IMG/VR virus record: IMGVR_UViG_3300032236_001613
Coordinates: 124,001-188,000 of that record
Reading direction: 5' to 3' (one strand)
Length of the DNA stretch: 64,000 bases
Of this stretch, positions 19,590 through 28,570 are shown piece by piece (positions within the stretch are counted from its first letter, which is position 1; each line of letters starts with the position of its first letter). Below the pieces are notes generated by a model. That model was not told the DNA's origin. It did no database searches and saw nothing but the letters and a program-made list of their open reading frames with translations. Both the position numbers and the translations under genes were made by a program.

Positions 19590-19880
19590 ATGTTAGTTAA
19601 TAGAGGACTTGCTATTGGAGAGATTGTAACAATACGTACAACAGCAGGCGAAGAAATTATAGGTAGACTTGAAGTAGAAGATGAAAAGTTTATTACACTT
19701 GGAAAACCGCATGCATTAGTTGCTACACAAAAAGGTGCGACTCTTGCTCCGGTTATATTTACAGTAGATGTTGAAACAATACCTTTTGCTAAACATTCTG
19801 TAATGATCGGCCCATTACCATCTGGTAAAGATGCTTCAGATCTTTACATACAAAAATCAACAGGTATCGCTTTAGGATAA
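19590..19880 (+). CDS. Hypothetical small beta-rich phage protein
   Basis: 96-aa ORF, GEIVTIRTTAGEEIIGRL. Confidence 0.55.
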   Translation: MLVNRGLAIGEIVTIRTTAGEEIIGRLEVEDEKFITLGKPHALVATQKGATLAPVIFTVDVETIPFAKHSVMIGPLPSGKDASDLYIQKSTGIALG

Positions 19881-21076
19881 TGCCTTTAGTTTTAGCATCA
19901 ACTACTGCTACGACATCTACAGTAAAGCTAATACACGGTAGCATTACTGTAGATTTGTTGCAAGCTCTTAATATGCAGCATCTGTATGATAGCATTATAA
20001 CTGCCAATCCTCCTGATCCCGGATGTACAGTTGCCCAGATGCAAATTCCTTTTATTGGATTAAATTTTAAAGATATAGGAATCATTAATCCCATTAGCGA
20101 TATTAAGCAGGCAATATCACGATTGTATGCTGCATTGCTAAGAGAAGTTATGAAACCTATTTGGGATATATTAAGAGCTATTCTTAAAGTACTAGAGAAA
20201 TTTATTAGTTTTGTAATAGATTTAAAGTTGCCTGTTTTAGATTTACATATTGATGATTTATTTGCACATGATCTCTATGATAAAATTAAAGCTGCCATTA
20301 CAAAACTTTATTATAAAGAAAAACAAAAAGTAATTGATATTTTAAATAAACTTAAAATTCCCTATCCATTTTTTATCGACTTTACTAGTATTGAAAAAGA
20401 AATTGAACACATTGTTGAAAAAATAATGCATAGTCTTTGGGATTCGTTATTCAAACTCATCTTTAAAATTATCGATATAATCGGAGTAGCATTAGAAGCA
20501 TTTGATATAGCTACGCATGGTGTACCAACTTTATCGGTAATTTGGAAAAAAATTGTCGAGGCAGTTTTATTAAAAGTATTAGAATTTTTTGCTGCCCCGT
20601 TTAGTATAGAAGATATCGAAAAAGCTATTAAAAAATTTGTTAAGGCTGAACTTAAAAAAGCAGTTGATGCTGCAAAGGCTGCAGTCGAAAAAGCAGTAGG
20701 GGCTGCATTAGCAGAAGCTCAAAAAGTTCTTGATGAAGCCGAAGCATTATATGAAAGAGCTGAACATGCTTATTATGAAATTATGCAAATGATTCATAAG
20801 TTCAAGTTACCAGTGTTTGGTTCACCATTTGATTGGCATCTTCCTTTAAACATCAAAGTTAATATTCCAAATTTAGATTTTAGCAAACTTGTTAATGATA
20901 TTAAAATCTGGATAAATCACTTTCTTGCTAATTTACTATTAAAATTTATGCAACTAATTGACGAAATTTTAAAAGCATTAGGACTTAATTTTATTATACC
21001 TAAAATTACTATTCCATTTATTCTAATGGAAGTTTGCGAAGAACCAATTAATATAAAACAGTTGCAATTTGCTTAA
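19880..21076 (+). CDS. Hypothetical amphipathic-helical protein
   Basis: 398-aa ORF coupled by TAATG; Ile/Leu/Lys-rich. Confidence 0.55.
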   Translation: MPLVLASTTATTSTVKLIHGSITVDLLQALNMQHLYDSIITANPPDPGCTVAQMQIPFIGLNFKDIGIINPISDIKQAISRLYAALLREVMKPIWDILRAILKVLEKFISFVIDLKLPVLDLHIDDLFAHDLYDKIKAAITKLYYKEKQKVIDILNKLKIPYPFFIDFTSIEKEIEHIVEKIMHSLWDSLFKLIFKIIDIIGVALEAFDIATHGVPTLSVIWKKIVEAVLLKVLEFFAAPFSIEDIEKAIKKFVKAELKKAVDAAKAAVEKAVGAALAEAQKVLDEAEALYERAEHAYYEIMQMIHKFKLPVFGSPFDWHLPLNIKVNIPNLDFSKLVNDIKIWINHFLANLLLKFMQLIDEILKALGLNFIIPKITIPFILMEVCEEPINIKQLQFA

Positions 21077-21109
21077 ATACTGTTATAATATTCTATAAAG
21101 GAGAATAAA

Positions 21110-21253
21110 ATGTTTACAGTTATTGTACTTTTAGTTATTGCTGGAGTATTAGTATACGTTGGAACACGTAATAAGGGATCTTCTTCGTCAGGTTCATCAT
21201 CAGGCGGTGCTAGTATGCCTGGTGTTGATAATACTAAAGAAAATAAGAATTAA
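21110..21253 (+). CDS. Small membrane protein (47 aa, absent from the ORF track)
   Basis: AAGGAG SD; extended -10 TGTTATAAT at 21081-21089; MFTVIVLLVIAGVLVYVG followed by a Ser/Gly-rich tail. Confidence 0.65.
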   Translation: MFTVIVLLVIAGVLVYVGTRNKGSSSSGSSSGGASMPGVDNTKENKN

Positions 21254-21632
21254 TGGTAGTAAACTCTTAAGTAAAGACGGTCTGGACGGGGAGTGCGACC
21301 CTCCCCCACCTCCACCATAGGTACATTTGATGCGAAAAATATTTGTAGTTGGGTTTTTAATGTTGTTGGCGGTCTTTGGTATATATAAGATTTTAAAATA
21401 TTCAGCTGACCATCCAACACAATGTAATATGTGGCACAGATGTTAAGTGTATCTATGTCGGGGGTGCGTAGTTTCGACAGAGTGTGTAATAGTCAAAGGG
21501 CTACTGGTGAGATGACTGACCTAATCAGCATAAACAAAAATAAATGCTAATGACAGTGTTTATGATGTTGCTATCGCTGCTTAATTGCAGTCTAGTAAAC
21601 AGAGTTTGATCACTCGGTAACAGAACGGTCAG
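21254..21632 (+). ncRNA. ssrA: Circularly permuted (two-piece) tmRNA: acceptor piece ending CCA at 21317, coding piece starting at 21460
   Basis: GGGGGTG (21460-21466) pairs with CACCTCC before ACCA (ends 21317), with the G3:U alanine determinant; T-arm GGGGAG-TGCGACC-CTCCCC; tag frame 21546-21584 reads ANDSVYDVAIAA-stop; the outer ends of both pieces are approximate. Confidence 0.93.
21330..21446 (+). CDS. 38-aa putative membrane peptide inside the tmRNA intervening segment
   Basis: MRKIFVVGFLMLLAVFGIYKILKYSADHPTQCNMWHRC; AGGT upstream; one transmembrane helix. Confidence 0.55.
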   Translation: MRKIFVVGFLMLLAVFGIYKILKYSADHPTQCNMWHRC

Positions 21633-21661
21633 ATAAAGGAGCTTCGGCTCCTTTATTTTTT
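21633..21661 (+). terminator. Intrinsic terminator after the tmRNA coding piece
   Basis: ATAAAGGAGC-TTCG-GCTCCTTTAT followed by a T run. Confidence 0.88.
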
Positions 21662-21699
21662 GTAATACAAATGTAATGTTTTTATAGTTAAATATTACT

Positions 21700-22449
21700 A
21701 TGAAAAAAACATACCGAACAATATGTATTAGTGATGTGCATTTAGGCACTAAAGACTGCAAAGCTGAACAGCTTAATAATTTCCTTAAAAATAACAGTTG
21801 CGAAACACTGTATCTAATAGGTGATATTATTGACGCATGGAAAATTCAACAGAATCGTTGGAAATGGAAACAAAGCCATACTAACGTAATTCGTAGAATT
21901 TTAGGACATGCTAAACGCGATACCAGAGTAGTTTACATAGCCGGTAATCATGACGAATTCTTAAGACCATTATTGCAATATAATATTGCGTTTGGACATG
22001 TAGAAATCGTTAACCAAACAGAGCATCACGGTATTGATGGAAAACGTTACTTATTAACACATGGTGATTTGTTTGATGGTATTACAAGACTAGCACCATG
22101 GATTAGTTTCTTAGGCGATCGTGCGTATGACGTTGTATTGTCTTTAAACACCCGATTTAATTGGTTACGGCATCGTATGGGATTTGGTTACTGGAGCCTA
22201 AGCAAATATCTAAAACAACGTGTTAAAAAGGCTGTCGACTTTATGTTTCAATTTGAACATAATCTTGCTGCCTACTGCAAAAAACGTGGGTTCGATGGTG
22301 TAATCTGCGGTCATATACATCATGCAGAAATTAAAGAAATCGACGGTGTTGTATATATGAACGACGGCGACTGGGTGGAGTCTATGACTGCCTTGGTCGA
22401 GCATCATGACGGTCGTTGGGAAATCGTTACCTGGACTAAAGAAAAATAA
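21700..22449 (+). CDS. Calcineurin-like metallophosphoesterase, LpxH/UDP-2,3-diacylglucosamine hydrolase-like
   Basis: ISDVHLG, LIGDIID, AGNHDE, THGDLFD and ICGHIH motifs. Confidence 0.85.
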   Translation: MKKTYRTICISDVHLGTKDCKAEQLNNFLKNNSCETLYLIGDIIDAWKIQQNRWKWKQSHTNVIRRILGHAKRDTRVVYIAGNHDEFLRPLLQYNIAFGHVEIVNQTEHHGIDGKRYLLTHGDLFDGITRLAPWISFLGDRAYDVVLSLNTRFNWLRHRMGFGYWSLSKYLKQRVKKAVDFMFQFEHNLAAYCKKRGFDGVICGHIHHAEIKEIDGVVYMNDGDWVESMTALVEHHDGRWEIVTWTKEK

Positions 22450-22525
22450 TCGGACACAAATATTGGGTGTCACTGGAACCGTAACCAGTATCTCTCTTAT
22501 AAATATCTTTATAGGGAGTACTAAA

Positions 22526-22681
22526 ATGAAACAGTCTAAACTAGTAAAGAAAATGTATCGTGCTTGTTTAGAGCATGATGTAGAACGTCAGCGCGAGTTA
22601 ACCCTAATCGAATATAGTAAAATTTTCAAACGTAAACAAGCAGGAAAATATTTTACTACTAAGTGGACTATAATTCGGTAA
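22526..22681 (+). CDS. Small basic hypothetical protein
   Basis: GGGAG SD and TATAAATA (22498-22505) support the ATG at 22526. Confidence 0.5.
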   Translation: MKQSKLVKKMYRACLEHDVERQRELTLIEYSKIFKRKQAGKYFTTKWTIIR

Positions 22682-22689
22682 AAGCTTAG

Positions 22690-22718
22690 TTGACGATAAA
22701 ACCTTTTAAAACTATAAT
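22690..22718 (+). promoter_or_regulatory. Sigma70-type promoter
   Basis: TTGACG-17 nt-TATAAT. Confidence 0.75.
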
Positions 22719-22740
22719 AGTGTTTTAACAGGAGAATAAT

Positions 22741-23046
22741 ATGTCAGCAATTAACACGTTGTATTCTTTGGAACAGTTTTGCCTAGATTCTAGCAGCCTT
22801 GCAGAACGGTGGCAGGGTAATAGTGCGTTCTATCAGTGGAGTAAGGGCAAAACTACCGACGAAGGTATTATTAACGGTGTAGTACGCAAGCTAGCCGGAA
22901 CAGACACGGCAGGTAATGAAATTTGGGTAGTTGCTGGTTCTTTTAAGATTGCTGCTAACGGAGAAATTCTACGCTTTACCGGTATTAGTAAAAAGCAATG
23001 GGGTATTATTCAAGTACTTCCTGCTAAGGATCCAATTGCTGCATAA
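22741..23046 (+). CDS. Hypothetical phage protein
   Basis: AGGAG SD; 101 aa. Confidence 0.6.
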   Translation: MSAINTLYSLEQFCLDSSSLAERWQGNSAFYQWSKGKTTDEGIINGVVRKLAGTDTAGNEIWVVAGSFKIAANGEILRFTGISKKQWGIIQVLPAKDPIAA

Positions 23047-24347
23047 TGTTTGCTTTAGTATATCTAGCATTTATTGCAGCCGTAATTATTTTCTATCTTA
23101 AAAAGAAAAGAAAAACTCACAACAAATCGGTAGCAGTATTAGAAGAAGCAGTTGAATCAGGCTTAACAGAGCCTGTTTCAATGCATCCGGTAATTGATAC
23201 CGATCAGTGTATTGGCTGTGGTAGTTGCGTTAAAGCTTGTCCAGAAAGCCACCACCATGTTTTAGGGTTAATTAACGGAAAAGCAGCTCTTACTAGTCCT
23301 ACCGAATGTATCGGGCATGGTGCTTGTAAATTAGCTTGCCCGGTTGATGCAATTACTCTAGTATTTGGTACTGCACGACGTGGCGTGGATTTACCAGTAG
23401 TTAAGCCCACGTTTGAAACTAATGTTAATGGACTCTATGTTGCTGGTGAACTAGGCGGAATGGGACTAATTAAGAATGCACTAACACAAGGGAGGGAAGC
23501 TGTTGAAAATATTAGTAAGAATTGTATTCGTGGTCAAAGTCAGTATGATCTTATTATCGTTGGCGGCGGCCCTTCTGGTCTCGGCGCAGCTTTTACTGCA
23601 CTTAGCGAAAAACTTAATTATGTAGTGATTGAGCAAGATTCGTTAGGAGGTACTGTTTTTAAATATCCTCGTAGAAAATTGGTTATGACCCAACCAGTTA
23701 CTATGCCCGTACTAGGTAAGATACACTTTAGAAATACTACTAAAGAAGAACTATTAGGCTACTGGAGCGAAAAAAGCCAAGAGCACAATTTAAATCTTAG
23801 ATTTAATGAACGTGTTGAAAGTGTTGTTAAAGACGGCACAGGGTTTGTTGTTACTACTACATTAGGCATTTACCATGCTACTAATGTATTGTTATCCATC
23901 GGCAGGCGTGGTAGCCCGAGAACACTAGGAGTGCCTGGCGAGGAATTGTCAAAAGTAGTTTACAGGCTTATCGACCCTGAACAATATAAGGGCGCACATG
24001 TATTAGTAGTCGGCGGCGGCGATAGCGCACTAGAAGCTGCTGCTAGCGTTGCTGAAGCCGATCCTACTAATCGCGTTACACTGTCTTATCGTAGTGCAGT
24101 TTTTCAAAGAGCTAAACCTGCTAATAGACAGCGTGTAGATGCTGCTGTTAAAAAGGGCAACTTAGAAGTAATACTAAATTCTAACGTATACCAAATTGGT
24201 GAGGATTATGTTATTCTCCAAATTGGTAAAGAAGATTTGCGTATTTTAGAGAATAATGCTATTATTGTTAATGCAGGTGGTATCTTACCAGATGCATTTT
24301 TGAAAAAATGTGGTATTAAAGTTGTAACTAAGTGGGGTACAGAATGA
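23046..24347 (+). CDS. Membrane-anchored 2x[4Fe-4S] ferredoxin / FAD-NAD(P) thioredoxin-reductase-like oxidoreductase
   Basis: N-terminal transmembrane helix; CIGCGSCVKACP and CIGHGACKLACP; GGGPSG and GGGDSA dinucleotide-binding motifs. Confidence 0.85.
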   Translation: MFALVYLAFIAAVIIFYLKKKRKTHNKSVAVLEEAVESGLTEPVSMHPVIDTDQCIGCGSCVKACPESHHHVLGLINGKAALTSPTECIGHGACKLACPVDAITLVFGTARRGVDLPVVKPTFETNVNGLYVAGELGGMGLIKNALTQGREAVENISKNCIRGQSQYDLIIVGGGPSGLGAAFTALSEKLNYVVIEQDSLGGTVFKYPRRKLVMTQPVTMPVLGKIHFRNTTKEELLGYWSEKSQEHNLNLRFNERVESVVKDGTGFVVTTTLGIYHATNVLLSIGRRGSPRTLGVPGEELSKVVYRLIDPEQYKGAHVLVVGGGDSALEAAASVAEADPTNRVTLSYRSAVFQRAKPANRQRVDAAVKKGNLEVILNSNVYQIGEDYVILQIGKEDLRILENNAIIVNAGGILPDAFLKKCGIKVVTKWGTE

Positions 24348-24670
24348 TTGATATTGGATTTGGACTTGAATTACCGATCACACATGAAATTAAAAATCTC
24401 TATACTAAGGATTTTCCGTTAACCAAAAACAAGATCTTTGAGTTGAACCTATATAAAGACGTGGTATTGATAAAGGCTAATTTTGATTATTTTCATGCCG
24501 ATGACCACGCGGGTGCTACGCTTTGGTTAGGATTACTAGGCTATAATCTAGAGATAAAGATTTTTGATAAACGTCATTGGAATTATGATGCTAACCGTTG
24601 GTATCTACCTGGCGAGGAAGATATGGAATTTATTGAAAGCATTTCAGAATTTGATAACGAGTCAAAGTAA
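24344..24670 (+). CDS. Hypothetical phage protein
   Basis: ATGA overlap with the previous stop (ORF track starts it at 24332). Confidence 0.5.
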   Translation: MIDIGFGLELPITHEIKNLYTKDFPLTKNKIFELNLYKDVVLIKANFDYFHADDHAGATLWLGLLGYNLEIKIFDKRHWNYDANRWYLPGEEDMEFIESISEFDNESK

Positions 24671-25068
24671 TGTCAATGCATTTAGCACATCCTGCTCTTA
24701 CTACCACTGGTAAGAAGAAAGGCAAGAAAAAGTGGGCAAGTGCCGAGCATAAACGTCGTAGTGAACTAGCTCGCGAACAACAAGAAGCCTTGTATCGCGA
24801 ATATAATGTAAAGACAACTAAGACTAACAAGAAAGGCTTTATGACTTCTAGTTATAAACCTTCTTATACTGCGCCTCGGCAAGATGCTACCCGAGCAATT
24901 AAGAGCGTAGAACCTACGTGGGCAGCATGTGTCAAGCCGCAGATTCATCAATATTCCGGTGAGCGACAACTTCTTGGTATTGCTACTATGCACAAAAGCA
25001 ACATGGTTCCTATCTTTGCTGATAATAAAGAAGTAGCAGTCGACATTGCTAAGATGAGACGAGGATAG
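24670..25068 (+). CDS. Hypothetical basic phage protein
   Basis: 132 aa; GIATMHKSNMVPIF C-terminus is typical of large-phage hypotheticals. Confidence 0.6.
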   Translation: MSMHLAHPALTTTGKKKGKKKWASAEHKRRSELAREQQEALYREYNVKTTKTNKKGFMTSSYKPSYTAPRQDATRAIKSVEPTWAACVKPQIHQYSGERQLLGIATMHKSNMVPIFADNKEVAVDIAKMRRG

Positions 25069-25147
25069 TGTGATTTCTATATCTTTTGGGCGCAAGCGCA
25101 GGAGAAAGAAAAAGGATAAGGTCACAATTCAGGAAATAAATATTTCC

Positions 25148-26212
25148 ATGAATACCTTATCCAATAAGATTGTAGCCTATTTAACTTTACTCTCAGGACT
25201 AGCAATTTCCGCAGTTGCAGTTTATTATTCCGTTTCAGGACTAACTGCAATATTCTCGGCGGCTGTAATTCCTATTATCGTAATGGGTGTTACATTAGAA
25301 ATTAGCAAACTAGTTGCTACAGTGTGGCTTAAACAAAATTGGAATATTGCACCTGCTGCTGTTAAGGGTTACTTAATAGCAGCAATTGTTGTGCTTATGC
25401 TAATCACTAGCATGGGTATCTTTGGCTTCCTTAGTAAAGCACACAGCGATCAGAGTTTAGTCAGCGGGGACGTAGCTGCACGTATTGCAGTCTACGACGA
25501 AAAGATTAAAACCGAAAAAGAAAATATTGAAACAGATCGTAAAGCATTAAAACAAATGGACAATGCTGTTGATCAATTAATGGATCGGTCTACAGACGAG
25601 CAAGGCGCAGGGCGTGCAGTAAGGTTACGTCATACACAGACTGAGGAAAGAACAAGACTATTAACAGAGATTGCCGAATCACAAAAACGTATAGCTGCAC
25701 TTAACGATGAACGTGCACCTATTGCTGCAGAATCTCGTAAAGTTGAAGCTGAAGTGGGTCCTATTAGATACATTGCTGCATTTGTTTATGGTAACACAGA
25801 TCCTAGTATATTAGAAAGGGCAGTAACATGGGTCATCTTAATTCTTATTCTAGTGTTTGACCCGCTAGCCGTTATTCTATTATTAGCTAGCCAATACAGT
25901 TTTCAACAATTTAGTAAACAAGATAAAAACAAAACAGATAATCATGATCCAACCGAACTCTGGAATTCTATGATTAAAGCTGCAGAAGAAAAAAGCGACG
26001 ATGCTGAAGGGTACGTTCAAAATGAAGAACAAAACACTAGTAGTCGTTGGAAAAATGTTAGTAGTCAAATTAGTCAAAAAGACTATTTAGAAGCGTCAGA
26101 AAAAAATATAAAAGAGATGATTAAAAGAGTTAAAGATGGTGTTTTACCTTTTTACCAAGTTCCTGAGGAAATGAAGGACGAAGTAAAGAAGGGATTAAAG
26201 AATGCCCGCTAA
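25148..26212 (+). CDS. Membrane protein with a central coiled coil
   Basis: AATAAATA late-like motif supports ATG 25148; several transmembrane helices flank a long coiled coil. Confidence 0.65.
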   Translation: MNTLSNKIVAYLTLLSGLAISAVAVYYSVSGLTAIFSAAVIPIIVMGVTLEISKLVATVWLKQNWNIAPAAVKGYLIAAIVVLMLITSMGIFGFLSKAHSDQSLVSGDVAARIAVYDEKIKTEKENIETDRKALKQMDNAVDQLMDRSTDEQGAGRAVRLRHTQTEERTRLLTEIAESQKRIAALNDERAPIAAESRKVEAEVGPIRYIAAFVYGNTDPSILERAVTWVILILILVFDPLAVILLLASQYSFQQFSKQDKNKTDNHDPTELWNSMIKAAEEKSDDAEGYVQNEEQNTSSRWKNVSSQISQKDYLEASEKNIKEMIKRVKDGVLPFYQVPEEMKDEVKKGLKNAR

Positions 26213-26591
26213 AATTACTTTAATCACACCACCTGACATTTTTCAAAACGATCAAGAAAGTATACTATTTGTTGATCTAACCACCGAAGATCAAGATGCT
26301 GTAATTAAATATTTTACTAACGTTGATTATAGTATTAATATCTATTTTTATAGTGGTGAAGCAAACGTACCTTGGTTAATGCATGCCCTTTCTTGTAGCA
26401 ATTATCGTTATATTAACTTAAATAACATGTCGGCTATAACAAGCTATTTGATAGCTTATATACTGTCAAAACAAGATGTATTTTACTCGATTGAGGATAA
26501 CAGTGTGGCTGAGATTTATAGTCACATTAATTTAAATCGTGTTAATAATGCTATTGAATTTTTAAAGAAGGTTTACAGTGACAACAAATAA
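26202..26591 (+). CDS. Hypothetical phage protein
   Basis: 129-aa ORF overlapping its neighbours. Confidence 0.55.
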   Translation: MPAKITLITPPDIFQNDQESILFVDLTTEDQDAVIKYFTNVDYSINIYFYSGEANVPWLMHALSCSNYRYINLNNMSAITSYLIAYILSKQDVFYSIEDNSVAEIYSHINLNRVNNAIEFLKKVYSDNK

Positions 26592-27822
26592 AAATCATGT
26601 TTGCGACTTTTGTCAAAAGGCAAAAGAAGATGTCGAAAAACTTATTGTCGGCGATAATGCTGCTATTTGTAACGACTGTGTAGAACTATGCATTAGTATC
26701 TTAGATGAAGATAAAGTAAAGAAATTCCCGTTAGGTGATAATAAAAATTTACTAAATCCTGTGCATATTAAAGAATATTTAGATCAGTATGTTATTGGTC
26801 AAGAAAATGCAAAAATTGCTCTTAGTGTAGCAGTATGCCAACATTTTAAAAGAGTGTTCACTGATGTTAAAGACATTGAAATTGAAAAAACTAATGTATT
26901 AATTTTAGGACCTACTGGGTGTGGTAAAACTATGCTAGCTAAAAAGCTAGCAGAATACCTTAACGTACCTTTTGCTATTTGTGATGCAACTGGCTTAACA
27001 GAAGCTGGATACGTGGGCGACGATGTTGAGAGCGTATTAAATCGTTTAATTTCAGCAGCCGACGGCGATATTGATAAAGCTAAACAAGGTATTGTTTATA
27101 TTGACGAAATTGATAAACTAAGTCGTAAAGGTGAAAACACTAGTCTTACACGAGATGTTGGTGGAGAAGGTGTTCAACAAGGTCTACTAAAAATGATCGA
27201 AGGATCAGTAATACGAGTACCTGCTGCAGATAAGCGTAAGCATCCTAGAGGCGACATGATTGAAGTTGATACAAAAAACATATTGTTTATATGTGGCGGT
27301 GCATTTGTTGGGTTAGATAAGATTATTAACCGTAGAAATAAATCAGGTGCAGTTGGATTCGGAGCATCAGTAACGTCAAATAAAGATACATTAGGTTATA
27401 GCGATGTAATTACTAAAGATTTAATTACTTTCGGACTGATACCTGAATTTATCGGACGTTTCGGATTAATTACACATGTTGACGAATTAAGTGTAGACGA
27501 TTTGGTAAAAATACTTAAAGAACCAAAAAACAGTTTAATCAGTCAATATAAACATTTATTTGCTATCGACGGCATTGAATTAGAATTTAAAGACGAAGCA
27601 CTAAAGGAGGTTGCAGAAAAAAGTAAACAACTTCAAACAAATGCTAGAGGCTTAAAAAACATTTTAGAAAAAATCTTATTAAATTATCAATTCGAAGCAA
27701 TGGATCTTGTTCAGCGAGGCCTCAGTAAAATTGTGATAAGTAAAGAAGCAGTTCATGGTAAATCTGCTGAATTAATTTTTAATAAAACAAAGAAGAAGTT
27801 AAATTATGAAAGTAATAGTTAA
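26578..27822 (+). CDS. clpX: ATP-dependent Clp protease ATP-binding subunit ClpX
   Basis: Zn finger CDFC..CNDC; GPTGCGKT; GYVG pore loop; IDEIDK; RKH loop; VGF ClpP-docking loop. Confidence 0.96.
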   Translation: MTTNKNHVCDFCQKAKEDVEKLIVGDNAAICNDCVELCISILDEDKVKKFPLGDNKNLLNPVHIKEYLDQYVIGQENAKIALSVAVCQHFKRVFTDVKDIEIEKTNVLILGPTGCGKTMLAKKLAEYLNVPFAICDATGLTEAGYVGDDVESVLNRLISAADGDIDKAKQGIVYIDEIDKLSRKGENTSLTRDVGGEGVQQGLLKMIEGSVIRVPAADKRKHPRGDMIEVDTKNILFICGGAFVGLDKIINRRNKSGAVGFGASVTSNKDTLGYSDVITKDLITFGLIPEFIGRFGLITHVDELSVDDLVKILKEPKNSLISQYKHLFAIDGIELEFKDEALKEVAEKSKQLQTNARGLKNILEKILLNYQFEAMDLVQRGLSKIVISKEAVHGKSAELIFNKTKKKLNYESNS

Positions 27823-28012
27823 GGATGGTAATATTAACGCTGCTCTAAGAAAGTTCAAAAAGAAAGTTGAAGACAGTGGTATATTGATTGAAGTTTTAGA
27901 AAGACAATACTACGAAAAGCCCACAATTGCAAGACGTCGAGCTAAGGCTGCTGCAAAAGCTCGTTGGCGTAAAAAGCAAAGAGAATTGACAACGCAGGCT
28001 AGATACGATTGA
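27806..28012 (+). CDS. rpsU: 30S ribosomal protein bS21
   Basis: NINAALRKFKKKVEDSGIL..RQYYEKPT signature. Confidence 0.9.
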   Translation: MKVIVKDGNINAALRKFKKKVEDSGILIEVLERQYYEKPTIARRRAKAAAKARWRKKQRELTTQARYD

Positions 28013-28037
28013 CATTTTGCTGTAGTTTTGCTATAGT
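28009..28037 (+). promoter_or_regulatory. Sigma70-type promoter
   Basis: TTGACA-17 nt-TATAGT, with the ATG only 8 nt downstream. Confidence 0.7.
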
Positions 28038-28045
28038 AATTGTCT

Positions 28046-28570
28046 ATGCCAAAACACTTAATGGTCGATTTAGAAACACTATCGGTTGCTCCTGATGCAG
28101 TTATATTGACATTAGGAGCTGTTCATTTTGATCCTTTTGATAAAGGAATTATTAATGAACTTTATATTAAATTTGATCTCGACGATCAGGATCTTTTAAA
28201 AAGATCCATTGATCCACTAACATTAGATTGGTGGGCAAAGCAAGATTCTAAAATAATGGAAGAAGCATTTTCTCCAGATGGAAGAACCAAAGTATCTGAT
28301 GCTATCGATCAGTTCCACAAGTTTGCATGGGGGTGCGATAAATTTTGGAGTCACGGCGCAGTATTTGATCTTATGATCATAGAAAATTTATACCGTCAAC
28401 TAAAAAAATCATTTCCTTGGAACTTTTGGGATTTGAGAGACACAAGAACATTATTTGATCTAGGATTTAAGTCTAACATGACAAAAGACTCTATGCATAA
28501 TGCTCTTGAAGATGCTAAACGGCAGGCTATTGGTGTACAAAACGTTTATGCTCAAATAAAGAGAACATGA
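28046..28570 (+). CDS. DEDD-family 3'-5' exo(ribo)nuclease
   Basis: MVDLETL, SHGAVFD, RDTRT and HNALEDA motifs. Confidence 0.85.
   Translation: MPKHLMVDLETLSVAPDAVILTLGAVHFDPFDKGIINELYIKFDLDDQDLLKRSIDPLTLDWWAKQDSKIMEEAFSPDGRTKVSDAIDQFHKFAWGCDKFWSHGAVFDLMIIENLYRQLKKSFPWNFWDLRDTRTLFDLGFKSNMTKDSMHNALEDAKRQAIGVQNVYAQIKRT

Noticed and set aside
21525-21761. 78-aa minus-strand ORF
   Set aside because: Antisense to the tmRNA coding piece, the terminator and the next gene start.
24766-25147. Minus-strand ORF 24766-25125 and the basic N-terminal extension of the 25070 ORF
   Set aside because: The first is antisense to a real gene. The late motif at 25135 favours ATG 25148 for the second.
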